Below the pieces are notes generated by a model that was not told the DNA's origin, did not search any database, and saw nothing but the letters and a program-made list of their open reading frames with translations. This document shows positions 11,501 to 21,611 of a stretch of DNA of 37,796 nucleotides, in pieces (position 1 is the first letter of the stretch; the number at the start of each line of letters is the position of its first letter). The position numbers were made by a program, and so were the translations under genes. Source of the DNA: Saprolegnia diclina VS20 (Eukaryota); the NCBI RefSeq assembly GCF_000281045.1, contig NW_008246142.1:165772-203567 (forward strand), written 5' to 3'.

Positions 11501-14282
11501 GTCGCCTCCTGTAGCGGTCGTGACCCCGCCGTCGCCGCCCCGCTGGGACGAAGACGAAGCAACGCCAGAAGGTATCGAGGTGGACAACAACTACGACTTT
11601 GATGCGGCCGCAGCGTGCATTCAACGGGCCGTCCGCGCGTGGCTCGCCGACATTCGTGCGTCCCAAGCCGCCTTTCGCCGCGCGATGGAGCAAGCGCAGA
11701 GCGCGGTCCGTCTCCAGCAATGGTGGCGCGCGTATCGCCGTGTCTCGTTCACCAAGGCGCTTTGGCACCGAATGACCTTCCACCTGCGCTCGTTGCGCGA
11801 CGCGGCGGCCGTGACACTGCAGCGCGCGGTCCGGCGCCGCCAGACGCAAGCGTTCTGGTACGCCCTGGTCTACTACGCGCGTCTCCAGCGTCGCCAAGTG
11901 GCCGCGGCGACCCGAATCCAGCGCTGGCTCCGCACCAAGAGCACGCAGAAGGTGCAGCATTTATGGTCGACCATGGTCGTGCTCTTGCGACAAAAGGAAC
12001 AAGCAGCGGCGACGCGGCTCCAGCGCTGGTGCCGACGCCGTTTCGAGATGGCCGCCTTGTACCGGATCCAGGCGACGTGGTATGCGCTCGCCAACGCGCT
12101 TCTCGAACAGCAGCACGACGCAGCCACGACGCTGCAATTGTGGTATCGCAAAGCCATGCTGCTCCACGTGCGCAAGCAGCGCTGGGTCGATGTCATCCTC
12201 GCCGCCCATTACCAGCGCTGCAACCACGCCGCGGTAGTCATTCAAACGACGTGGCGCCATGCCAAGCGCCGGGCCAATGTCGCTGTGTGGCATAATCTCG
12301 TCAGCCACGTGCTCGAACGCCACCGCCACGAGCTCTGGGACGCCTACACGTCTGCGGCTGCGACGCGGCTCCAGCGCGCCTTTCGACGATATCGGGCGGT
12401 ATGCGTGCGCTCTCGCTGGACCGCGCTTGCCGTTGCCGCCAAGCATGCGCAGGAAACGACGTCCGTGGCCGCAGCCGTGCGTCTCCAGACGTGGTGGCGC
12501 CACTACGCGCACACGTGGGCCCACAAAAAGTGGTGGCTCGACGCGGTCGCCGTGCTCACGTACCACGACCACGCTGCGCGCGTCATCCAAGAGGCGTGGT
12601 ACAAGGCGTGTCGGCGTTCGCAGGTCCGCGACTGGTTTCTCAATGTCATTGCAGCCGTCCGGGAGCTCCAAACGACCGACGCCGCCGCAATCGTTGTCCA
12701 GCGCGCTTGGCGCAAGACGGTGTTGCGTGCCGCGTGGCACACCTTGGTCGCCGATGTCTATCGTGCCAACCAGGCTGCGCTTCTTGTGCAAACCGCGTGG
12801 CGCACGTCGCAGCGCCAGTACCTCGTGCGGGTGTGGTGGACCGACACGATCACGAGTCTCCGTGCCCAGCGCGGCGCGCGCGAGAGAGAAGCGGCGACGA
12901 CGCTCCAGGCCATGTGGCGCGAGTACAAGCGCCGAACGATCCTCCGTTCGTGGTGGACGCACATCATTACACTGCTGTACGAGCAACGCGACGCTATGGT
13001 TGTGCAGAGGCAGCACGAGACCAAGCTAATGCAGCACCAAGCTGCCAAGACGCTCCAAACGTGGTGGCTGGAGGTTCAGCGCCGGTCGCGCGTCCGGGCC
13101 TACTGGACCCAGCTCGTGCTCGTGCTCGAGGAGCAGCGCGACGGTGCCGCGTACACGCTTCAGTCGTGGTGGCGTACGCTGCAGTCCAACCGCCGGCTCA
13201 AGACGATGCAAGATGAGTGGCACTCGCTCGCTGTGTGTCTCTCGATCCAGCAACAAGATGCGCAGAGTCTCTCGGCCACGCGTATCCAGGACTTTGTGCG
13301 GCGCTACCAAAGCCTCCAGTTTCTCAAAAACTGGTGGCTCGGCCTCATCGAGCACGTCCAGTACCGCGAGTCGGCGGCGCGCATCATCCAGGCGTGGTGG
13401 GCCCACGCACGCATGCGCAAGCAGCAGCCCAAGCCGCGCCGGATCTCGATGCACCGCGTCCTCCCGAGCGAGGCGATTCTCAAGCTCCAGGCGTGGTGGC
13501 GCGGCACGCTCGTCCGTCGCCAGTACGACCGGCTCTCGCCCGTGACGGCCGTGCGTCATCGCCTCGACGCGGCCAAGACGTCGGCCAACGTCGTCGCCGC
13601 GGCGCTCCGCGATCAAAAGCCGCTGTTTGTACAAGAAGAGAAGATCAAGCTACGCCTTCGGCTCAAGCGCGCGCTTGCGATTCTACACACGTCGCCGCGC
13701 CTTCAAGACATGCTCCACGCGGTGCATACGCTCGAAATGTGCACGCGCCTCAGTCGCGAGTGCTGCGTCGAATGTCTCTTGCATCAAGTGCCCCGGCTGC
13801 TGTACGCAGCGATCCGCAAGTGCAACCGGAGCCGGCCGCAGCTCGAGCTGCTCCACCAGCTATTGCAGGTGGTACTGAACCTCTGTTTGCACCAGCAAGG
13901 CCGGTTCCACGCGGCCAACATTGCGATCGCCGAGGACGTCGAGGGCCACGCAATGAGCTGCGAGCTCTGGATCGACCTCATGCAAATGCACCGCGACTCG
14001 GCCGTGCTCTTTACGCTCAACGCGCGTCTCCTCAAGTACGCGCTCATGTGTCTCGTGCGCGACAACGTCGAGTTTGACGGCCGCCAGCACACGCTCTTGA
14101 GCGAAGCCCACCGCCGGCTCTCGCTGCTCCACGCGCTCTTTGCAAAGCGTGCGCGGACCAAGAGCATTGTCGACAAGCAGATAGCGCACAAGAACAAGGA
14201 GCTCCCGGGCCAGTTGCACCCGACGCGCGCCATCTCAATTTTGCAAACGCTCCTCGCGCTCCTCCCGGCATCGGCGCATTAG
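8537..14282 (+). CDS. ASPM: Abnormal spindle-like microcephaly-associated protein homolog (ASH, 2x CH, IQ repeats, C-terminal helical domain)
   Basis: ASH-like LDFGSIEIGQTRTLPLGFLNPS; KQEEGFQKWLN; YHPLWLTLGLEVV. CH1 DLRDGVRLVRLLE...IVDGHREKTLALLWK. CH2 LLLEWC...NFTASFADGKALCLMVHYYHP. About 20 IQ-like motifs and a C-terminal IRKCNRSRP. Introns at 10313-10367, 10644-10694 and 10971-11015 join the frames. Start codon approximate. Confidence 0.93.
11464..11536 (+). repeat. 30-bp coding tandem repeat (about 2.4 copies) encoding PPSPPVAVV(A/T)
   Basis: ccccgccgtcgcctcctgtagcggtcgtg(g/a) repeated within the ASPM Ser/Pro-rich linker. Confidence 0.9.
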
Positions 14283-14882
14283 CTCAGACCACCAACGACT
14301 ATCTATTAGCAAACAGAATATGATCTTTACGTGTCCAAGCACTGCAATCAATACCGCCACGACTACGTACAGCGCAGATGCTGGCACGACTGAGATGAGT
14401 GAGCCTTGCCCTTTCGTCTAAGCTGTAGTTTCTGGCTTCGTGATGGCGTCGGAAGAGGCTGGGCAGCTGTGCCAAGCGTCGAAGCGATCGAGGGCCAATG
14501 AAGGGTCAACGTACGCGGTCGTCGCACAACTCAGCAGTGTCAAGGATGCCCAAGTGCTGACTGGGCAACCGACGAGCCTGCCCGTGGCGACGGAGTGGCC
14601 AGTGGCGGAAGGCCATACTTGGGTGCGGCCTGCGGAGACATGCAGTAGCGACATGTCAAGTGATGGCGACGCGGTCGACGGCGGCAAGAGGGGCGAGGCG
14701 AATGCTGCGTGGGACACGAGACAACACACAGGGTCAAGGAGGTCGTGGTATTCAAAAACGCGGGTACGACAAGGGCGGACGCGGACGAAACGAAATCGCT
14801 TATATAAGTACGTAGCCAGCTATTCGTCCTCATCTACAGAAGGTCAGCGACGCGAAGGAGCTTGCCGCGGCGCGCCGACGAG

Positions 14883-15240
14883 TTACCTACTCAAAAGCGG
14901 CGTCTTCTCGTTCGTGACGCCTTCGACGCGCTCGCTCATCTGCAGATGCTCGTACGCCGAGCTGCCATTGTCGGTCTTGCGGGCCTCGACAAAGTAGACG
15001 GCAATCGACGCCGCAAACACGCCGGCGTACACGATGGCTACATCCAAGGGCATGAGCTCATTCGACTCGCAACGCAATGGCGCATCTACCAGTGTTGTAC
15101 ACGGGGCCGGCCGTCACGTCCTTCCCGAGGCTCTTGATGTACTGCGGCTGGCTCTGCATGAGGAAGCCGAGGAGCCCGAGGAAGATGACACCAAAGGCCG
15201 AGAGCATCGAGCAGCACAACGCGCAGCTTTGCTTGGACAT
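14883..15240 (-). CDS. Ribonuclease kappa / V-ATPase subunit f-like small two-TM protein
   Basis: MSKQSCALCCSMLSAFGVIFLGLLGFLM...GPVYNT, intron 15038-15089, then AIVYAGVFAASIAVYF...TPLLSR. The C..CC..LS.FG.IFL..LG pattern plus a second TM helix is typical of RNASEK. Confidence 0.65.
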
Positions 15241-15735
15241 GGCGTCGGTCGAATTGCAGAATGGCAAGCTACGGAGCGGCGCAATACAATGCGACTTTCG
15301 ACCCTTTTCATACAAATCGTACGATAATAAAATAAAACGACACAAGAAAGTGAGGACGCCACCGCCGTATCCGGAGGGAGAGGCCCAACGCCGTCAACTG
15401 GATTTTTATTACTTGCCATTTGTATTTAAATTAAATCCCGCGACCGCACCGTGTCTGTGGCCCGCCGACGCCCGTATCCGGACTGCTCCAGACGACTTGA
15501 AGTTGATCATGTGATCGCAAGCTTGGATATCACAGCCGCCACGATCCTCGACTCGTGCACAGTCTCAAGACAATGGTACGACGATACCATGGGCAGACGC
15601 AGTATATTTTTGACACAGGCGATGAGCAACGTGGCGCAAAGAGCCCCGCGGTGCGAGGAACGTCGCCAACGTAGGACCAAGCCGACCAAGATGTCCGGAT
15701 TGTCCACCGGGTCGATCGTTGTAAGCGCGCGCGCC

Positions 15736-15767
15736 ACAAGGCGGGACAAGGCGGGACAAGGCGGGAC
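15736..15767 (+). repeat. 10-bp tandem repeat (acaaggcggg x3) in the HSF gene upstream region
   Basis: acaaggcggg acaaggcggg acaaggcggg ac, about 65 bp before the ATG. Confidence 0.85.
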
Positions 15768-15832
15768 CAGGTCGCGTATGCGTCAAGCAACGTGGCGCAG
15801 CGGTGTAGAGTGCAATCGAGCCCGAGGTGCCG

Positions 15833-16399
15833 ATGACTCCACGACCAACGTTGGCGCCGTTCATTCAGACGCTCATCGAGATGCTGCAGTCGCATGCGCC
15901 GTGCCTCCATTGGAACGAAGATGGCAAGTCCTTTGACATTCTCGACATTGATGTTTTCTCGACATCGGTGCTCCCGCGCTTCTTCCGCCACAGCAAGTTT
16001 ACGAGCTTCCAGCGCCAGCTCAACTACTTTAGCTTCCGGAAGCAGTCCCGGCGACAGTCGAGCGTGTGCACGTACGCCCACGAGTCGCTCTCGCTACGAG
16101 AGCCCGCGCAGGCGCTGCAGATCGTCCGCAAGACAGTCAAGGAGCGCAGCTACAAGGCCAAGCAGCCCGACGAAGCCAAAGCCAAAGGTGTGCTGGCCTA
16201 CACGGAGGCGTCGATGGCGTATTCGCAGGCATGGCTCAAACCGCCGCCTCCCAAGCTCACTGACATGGCCATGGACATGACACCACTTGCGTTTGCGTAC
16301 AACAGCGAGGCCGACGTGGGTACGATCGAGGCCCGCATGCCCCTTCTCGACGACGAGATGACAAGTTGGCTCTTGACGCAGTTTGAAGACCAGATCTAG
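15833..16399 (+). CDS. HSF-type DNA-binding domain transcription factor
   Basis: APFIQTLIEML...WNEDGKSFDILDIDVFSTSVLPRFFRHSKFTSFQRQLNYFSFRK is the HSF DNA-binding domain signature. Intronless; first ATG at 15833. Confidence 0.92.
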   Translation: MTPRPTLAPFIQTLIEMLQSHAPCLHWNEDGKSFDILDIDVFSTSVLPRFFRHSKFTSFQRQLNYFSFRKQSRRQSSVCTYAHESLSLREPAQALQIVRKTVKERSYKAKQPDEAKAKGVLAYTEASMAYSQAWLKPPPPKLTDMAMDMTPLAFAYNSEADVGTIEARMPLLDDEMTSWLLTQFEDQI

Positions 16400-16460
16400 G
16401 AACGTGCGTTGACGGTGGATGAATACATAACGTGTGCTGCATTAATCAGTCGCCTTACGC

Positions 16461-16691
16461 TTACATACGGTCGAGGCATTCGAATTGGACGATGCTGTTG
16501 CCGCGGATGACGACCATGCCGAGCTTGTTGGCCTCGGTCGTCGAGACCTCCTCGATGGCCTCTTCCAGCGTGATGTTCATGAACTGGTCGAAGCCGCGCA
16601 GGACGCCCGAGACCTTGCGGCTGCCATTGAGCTTGATGCAGAGCGTCTTATCCATGTACTTCTTGAGATCCGGGCCCGTGTTCTTGCTCAT
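16461..16691 (-). CDS. SNRPG: Small nuclear ribonucleoprotein G (SmG)
   Basis: MSKNTGPDLKKYMDK...LNGSRKVSGVLRGFDQFMN...GMVVIRGNSIV: Sm1 and Sm2 motifs, 76 aa. Confidence 0.96.
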   Translation of the reverse strand: MSKNTGPDLKKYMDKTLCIKLNGSRKVSGVLRGFDQFMNITLEEAIEEVSTTEANKLGMVVIRGNSIVQFECLDRM

Positions 16692-17115
16692 GCTTCCTGG
16701 TCACTCGCTGCTTCGCACACTCCACCACTCACAACGCGAGCGTTCGAAATTCCCCTTTTTCCGATTTTAAACCAATCCGACCGCAGGATTATTTTGACCA
16801 ATCCGAACGAGGTATATCTCAGTTTAAAACATACTTCGTTTTAAACAAGTCACCTGTTCCAAAACAACATGAGCTTGATGGTGCTAGCCCACTCGTCCCC
16901 ACATGTACTTGTATACAATCCAAATCAAAGGGACACGAGAGGTAAAATTCAATCCACATGGGGCACTCTTGTCACTGGAACAATATTGCAACGGAATGCA
17001 ACGCGCACCAAGCACCAAATTGCTGTTTCAAACACTATGGGCTGTATAAAACCAGAAATGGTGTTTCATACCGCTAGAATCACGCCACATTGCAGATCCA
17101 GACCAGCCAGCCAAC

Positions 17116-17469
17116 ATGCCCAGCGAGATCCGCCGCCTCCACGTCGAAGGCCGCTACAGCGAGGTCGTCGTGCACAACGGGACCGTGTACCTCTCGGGTC
17201 AGCTGGCCGACGACCTCGACGGCGACATTGCCGCGCAGACCACCGAGACGCTCGCGAGCATCGACCAATTCCTCGCCGACGCGGGCACGGACAAGTCGCG
17301 CATCCTCTCGGTGACCATCTACCTCAAGGACATGGCTGATTACGCCGGTATGAACGCGGTCTGGGACGCGTGGGTCGTCAAGGGCGCGACGCCGGCCCGC
17401 GCCACGGTGCAGTCGGCGCTGTACGACCCCAAGGTGCTCGTCGAGATGTCGGTCATCGCGGCGCTCTAA
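17116..17469 (+). CDS. RidA/YjgF family protein, YoaB-like (Rid2), no targeting leader
   Basis: RYSEVVVHNGTVYLSGQ...DKSRILSVTIYLKDMADYAGMNAVWDAWV..G..PARATVQ...VEMSVIAA. Retains the catalytic Arg of PAR. Intronless. Confidence 0.93.
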   Translation: MPSEIRRLHVEGRYSEVVVHNGTVYLSGQLADDLDGDIAAQTTETLASIDQFLADAGTDKSRILSVTIYLKDMADYAGMNAVWDAWVVKGATPARATVQSALYDPKVLVEMSVIAAL

Positions 17470-18223
17470 TGCAGTACGAGGAGTTATTGCTTTTGTATTC
17501 GATTTCTACAGACAAATCACTCTTACTGGCGCCGTCGACATCACTTGAACGCCCTCTCAACTGCAATCTCGTGCTTGTTTGAGTGCATATCGCGTTGAAG
17601 TGGAGGAGCGAATGCACAATAGCTTTCGAAAGACTCAAGAACATCGGGCTGAGCAATACTGGTACCGTTCGACACGTCTACGAGTGCCAAGCACCGAAAG
17701 CGAGACGCGACGGACGATACACTCCACGGCAGACGCTGGCGGCGAACCTCGCAGTTGCGACCTGTTGGTCACGTGTCTTTCTGTACGCAGTTGGTTCTTG
17801 CTTCACTTTGGTCCAATGGAAAGACCGATGAAATCCCGAGACAATCAAATCAAAAGCAATAACTCCTCGTACTGCATTAGAGCGCCGCGATGACCGACAT
17901 CTCGACGAGCACCTTGGGGTCGTACAGCGCCGACTGCACCGTGGCGCGGGCCGGCGTCGCGCCCTTGACGACCCACGCGTCCCAGACCGCGTTCATACCG
18001 GCGTAATCAGCCATGTCCTTGAGGTAGATGGTCACCGAGAGGATGCGCGACTTATCCGTGCCCGCGTCGGCGAGGAATTGGTCGATGCTCGCGAGCGTCT
18101 CGGTGGTCTGCGCGGCAACGTCGCCGTCGAGGTCGTCGGCCAGCTGACCCGAGAGGTACACGGTCCCGTTGTACACGACGACCTCGCTGTAGCGGCCTTC
18201 GACGTGGAGGCGGCGGATCTCGC
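17123..18223. repeat. Inverted repeat: 373-bp arms (17123-17495 and 17851-18223) with a 355-bp spacer
   Basis: Arms differ at only 3 positions by manual comparison (cac/tac, att/gtt, gac/gat). Identity extends 26 nt past the stop codon. Confidence 0.95.
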
Positions 18224-18365
18224 GCTTCGTGCTAAAGGCCATCGGCAGCTGCACCGTGCGCGGCTTCATGTGTACAGCGCTGGCACGGACACACGGTCGC
18301 AGCGCGCGTCGCGCACCGCCGGTAACGAGAGGCTTGATCCACCTTGCCGCAGCAACGAACGCCAT
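17877..18365 (-). CDS. RidA/YjgF family protein, YoaB-like (Rid2), with N-terminal mitochondrial-type presequence
   Basis: Same domain as 17116-17469, preceded by the Arg/Ala-rich, acid-free MAFVAAARWIKPLVTGGARRALRPC...MAFSTKR. A 42-nt in-frame GT..AG intron in the leader is possible. Confidence 0.88.
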   Translation of the reverse strand: MAFVAAARWIKPLVTGGARRALRPCVRASAVHMKPRTVQLPMAFSTKREIRRLHVEGRYSEVVVYNGTVYLSGQLADDLDGDVAAQTTETLASIDQFLADAGTDKSRILSVTIYLKDMADYAGMNAVWDAWVVKGATPARATVQSALYDPKVLVEMSVIAAL

Positions 18366-19064
18366 TGTTTTGGTGTGGTGGCAGCTATTGGTGGCACATA
18401 TTAGATTATTCGTGGCTTTTGCCACAAATAAAAACAAAAGATCGGGCGTCTCCATTTGGTGCCATGATCGTCATGGGGTAGTAAACCGATTAGTTGACAC
18501 AGCGTCTCTCGTGCATGGCTGTCTTGGCATCCGCCGAGTGCAAGGGTATCGACGAGCCTCACAGAATGCTCGGTTGTTGCTGCAGAACAAGCCCAAACCC
18601 CTGTCGCTCCACTACCATTAGCGGTAGTATCACGGACGAGCCTGGCTCTCAACGTTGTATGAAGAGGCGGGAAGGTTAGCGCCATACCAGAACCAATAGC
18701 CCTCATGTGCTGCCATTATGAATGGACCTTACAATGGTCTCGTGATGCCGATCCAGTGCTGTGGAGCTGTGCTGTGGGGTGTCGGTGCGAACTGATTCAG
18801 TGACGTTCGTCGGACCGTACCCATGGCTGTCGTCTTTCGCGATCAGATCTCTGAACGTCCCTCCTGCCGCCAGAGCTTGCCGCCAGCCCGTCCCTGCCCC
18901 CGCGTGCGCTGCATGCTATCATGAACACGCCCACTTCTTCTTCCCTGCTGACGACAAGTTCAAGTGGGTTGAGATCTGAGTGCGCAATCGACCAGCTGGC
19001 GGCGCCGCACCAACTTCAACTTGGATCTTAGGGTTTCGATTTCCGTGGTCAGTTTTCCTTTGAC

Positions 19065-20681
19065 ATGATGAGGATGATGATGGTATCCAACGGCCGGCAA
19101 ACGATGCGCACGGTGCGCGGATTTGCCTCATTGGCGCTACCCGCGCTGCCGTCGACGCCGACGCCGGCCTTCCCCGGCGAAGCCGCCTCGGCGCACATGG
19201 CGACGTCGTACCCTGGCCCCCGCTCGATCGCGCTTGGCCGCGAGATGCAGTCGATGCAGCAAGCGGCGGCCGTCCAGTTCTTTGTCGACTATACCGCGAG
19301 CAAGGGCAACTACATCGTGGACGTTGACGGCAACCGGTACCTCGATGTCTATGCACAGATCGCGTCGCTCCCGATTGGATACAACCACCCACGCATCCAC
19401 GCAGCGATCCAGGACCCCAAGAATCTCGCGATTTTAAGCCAGCGGCCGTGCCTCGGGATCCTTCCGCCGGCCGACTGGGCCAACATGCTCGAGACAACGC
19501 TCGCTAAGATGCAGCCGCCCGGCCTGTCCGAGATAGCGACGCTCATGTGCGGCTCGTGCGCGAACGAGAACGCATTCAAGGCCGTCTTCATCTGGTACCA
19601 AACCAAGGCGCGCGGTGCGACAGATACATTCGCCTCTGTATGCAAAGAGGCTCATCGAAGGCGATATTGTAGGCGGACCGCCAACCGAGCTAGACTTGCA
19701 GTCCAGCATGCGCAACGCGGCGCCGGGCTCTCCCGCGCTCTCGATCTTGTCGTTTGCAGGCGGCTTCCATGGCCGCCTCCTCGGGTGTCTCTCGGCCACA
19801 CACTCCAAGGCCATTCACAAGGTGGACATCCCCGCCATGGACTGGCCCGTCGCGCCGTTCCCAAAGCTCACGTACCCGCTGGCCGACCACGCAGATGCCA
19901 ACGCCCAAGAGGAGGCAAAGTGCCTCGACTACGTCGACGCGCTCTTGACGCAGCACAACGTCAAGAAGACAGCGTCGTCCGAGGTGGCAGGCATGATCGT
20001 CGAGCCAATCCAAGCTGAAGGCGGCGACAACCATGCGAGTCCGGCCTTTTTCCGCCAGCTGCGCGAGGTACAAAACTATCAGTGTATCAATGTATCAGGT
20101 GGCACTGATGGCATCACAAGATTGCAGCCCGGCACGGTGTCGCATTTATCGTGGACGAAGTGCAAACGGGCGGCGGCAGCACGGGCAAGTTCTGGGCGCA
20201 CGAGCACTGGGCGCTCGCGAGGCCGCCGGACGTGGTGACGTTCAGCAAGAAGATGCAGACGGGTGGGTACTACGCCAAGCCCGAGTTTCGCCCGCAAGAG
20301 ACGTACCGCATCTTCAACACATGGATGGGCGACCCGGCCAAGATGCTTCAGCTTCAAGCCTTTGTCGATGCGGTCGACGAGGATCACTTGCTCGAGAACA
20401 CACGCATCGCCGGTGAGTACCTCCAGAACGGCCTGCACCAGCTCGCGGCCCAGTACCCGAGCGTCCTCAGCAACGTGCGCGGTGTCGGCACGTACGTGGC
20501 CGTGGACTTTGCGTCGCCGGCGCAGCGCGACCTCGCGGTGACACGCCTCCGCGGCGTCGGGCTCCAATCGGGCGGCTGCGGCGACCGGTCTCTGCGCTTC
20601 CGACCCGCGCTGGTCTTTCAGCCCCAGCACGCCCGCGAGGCGCTCGAGCTCATCGACCACGTCTGCAACGGGCTCAAGTAA
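19065..20681 (+). CDS. ABAT: 4-aminobutyrate aminotransferase (GABA-T, animal/fungal ABAT/UGA1 type), mitochondrial-type leader
   Basis: SKGNYIVDVDGNRYLDVYAQIASLPIGYNHP, MCGSCANENAFK, GGFHGRLLG.LSATHSKAIHKVDIP, VEPIQAEGGDNHAS, DEVQTGGG and TFSKK (PLP Lys). Introns at 19615-19672 and 20068-20120 (AAG acceptor). Confidence 0.96.
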
Positions 20682-21242
20682 TTCAAGTGCGTACCTTACT
20701 GACAAATATATACTGTGTGTTCCTTGTTTACTGACGGCTTGATGAAGCCAACCTTTGAGGGTGACAAGAGCGAGGGCCTGTAGTCGCCGTTGGGAGATCG
20801 CCCGAGGCCATCGGTGGGCTCACAGGGTATGCTGCCGCGACGACAGACAATAGGCTCGGGCGGTCGGCCAAGGTTGGGCCACGTGAGCTCCGTGTACCTC
20901 TGATATCGCTGGTGCTGGCGCTCGACACGATACGCACGCGCTGGTGGATCTCCCGGACCTTCTGTGGTTTCCTCGGGCAGCGCCTTTTTGCATCTATGAG
21001 GAATGCCTGCAGCAGACTCTCCGCCAACGCTGACCGCTCGAGTGCGACCAAGCCGGCTTCCTATCCACCTCCTCGCCGTCGCCGGATCATGCGTGTCGCT
21101 GCGTCGTCCTTGCCCATGGGCTGTGGAGGTTGGAGCAGCAGTGACGCCATGGCCACGCAGTCTATGTTGTCCATGCACTTGTGGCTGCGTTGTCGACGTT
21201 ATGCATCACGTGTTCAGTAGAATTACGGGGATTACATAGCGC

Positions 21243-21575
21243 TTACTTGAGCGACGCAATGAGCGCCTTGAGCTTGTCCTTGTCGGCGCCCGTGAGCGCT
21301 TCAACCTTGACGCCGTTGCGCCAGAACTGGAAGGTGGGCATCGCGCTCACGCCGAGCGCCTCCGAAAGCTCGTCGCTCTCGTCGACGTCGACCTGGAAGA
21401 AGGTGGCGTCCGGCGTCTCGTCGGCGTACCGGTGGAAGATCGGCTTGATGTACTGGCAGGGCGGGCACCACGAGGCCGTAAAGTCGATGACGATGAGGCG
21501 GTCCTTGTACTTGTCCTGGGCGATCTCGGCCTGGAAGGCGGCTTCGCTCGCAAAGTGCTTGTTCTCGACGGCCAT
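21243..21575 (-). CDS. Thioredoxin (WCPPC)
   Basis: VIDFTASWCPPCQYIKP...VDVDE...AMPTFQF; 110 aa, intronless. Confidence 0.95.
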   Translation of the reverse strand: MAVENKHFASEAAFQAEIAQDKYKDRLIVIDFTASWCPPCQYIKPIFHRYADETPDATFFQVDVDESDELSEALGVSAMPTFQFWRNGVKVEALTGADKDKLKALIASLK

Positions 21576-21595
21576 GCTGCTGCGGCTGGTGGAAA

Positions 21596-21611
21596 TAAAT
21601 TCGAAATGAGC
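21596..21611 (-). promoter_or_regulatory. Oomycete Inr/FPR core promoter motif
   Basis: GCTCATTTCGAATTTA about 20 nt upstream of the thioredoxin ATG, close to the oomycete GCTCATTYBNNNWTTY consensus. CCAAT boxes at about 21703 and 21730. Confidence 0.65.

Noticed and set aside
14418..14729. 103-aa minus-strand ORF between ASPM and the RNASEK-like gene
   Set aside because: Non-ATG start in the track and no recognisable domain; could be UTR or intergenic.
19065..20238. Apparent frameshifts in GABA-T
   Set aside because: Explained by introns 19615-19672 and 20068-20120.
20696..21178. Overlapping ORFs between GABA-T and thioredoxin
   Set aside because: No consistent exon model or domain could be built.
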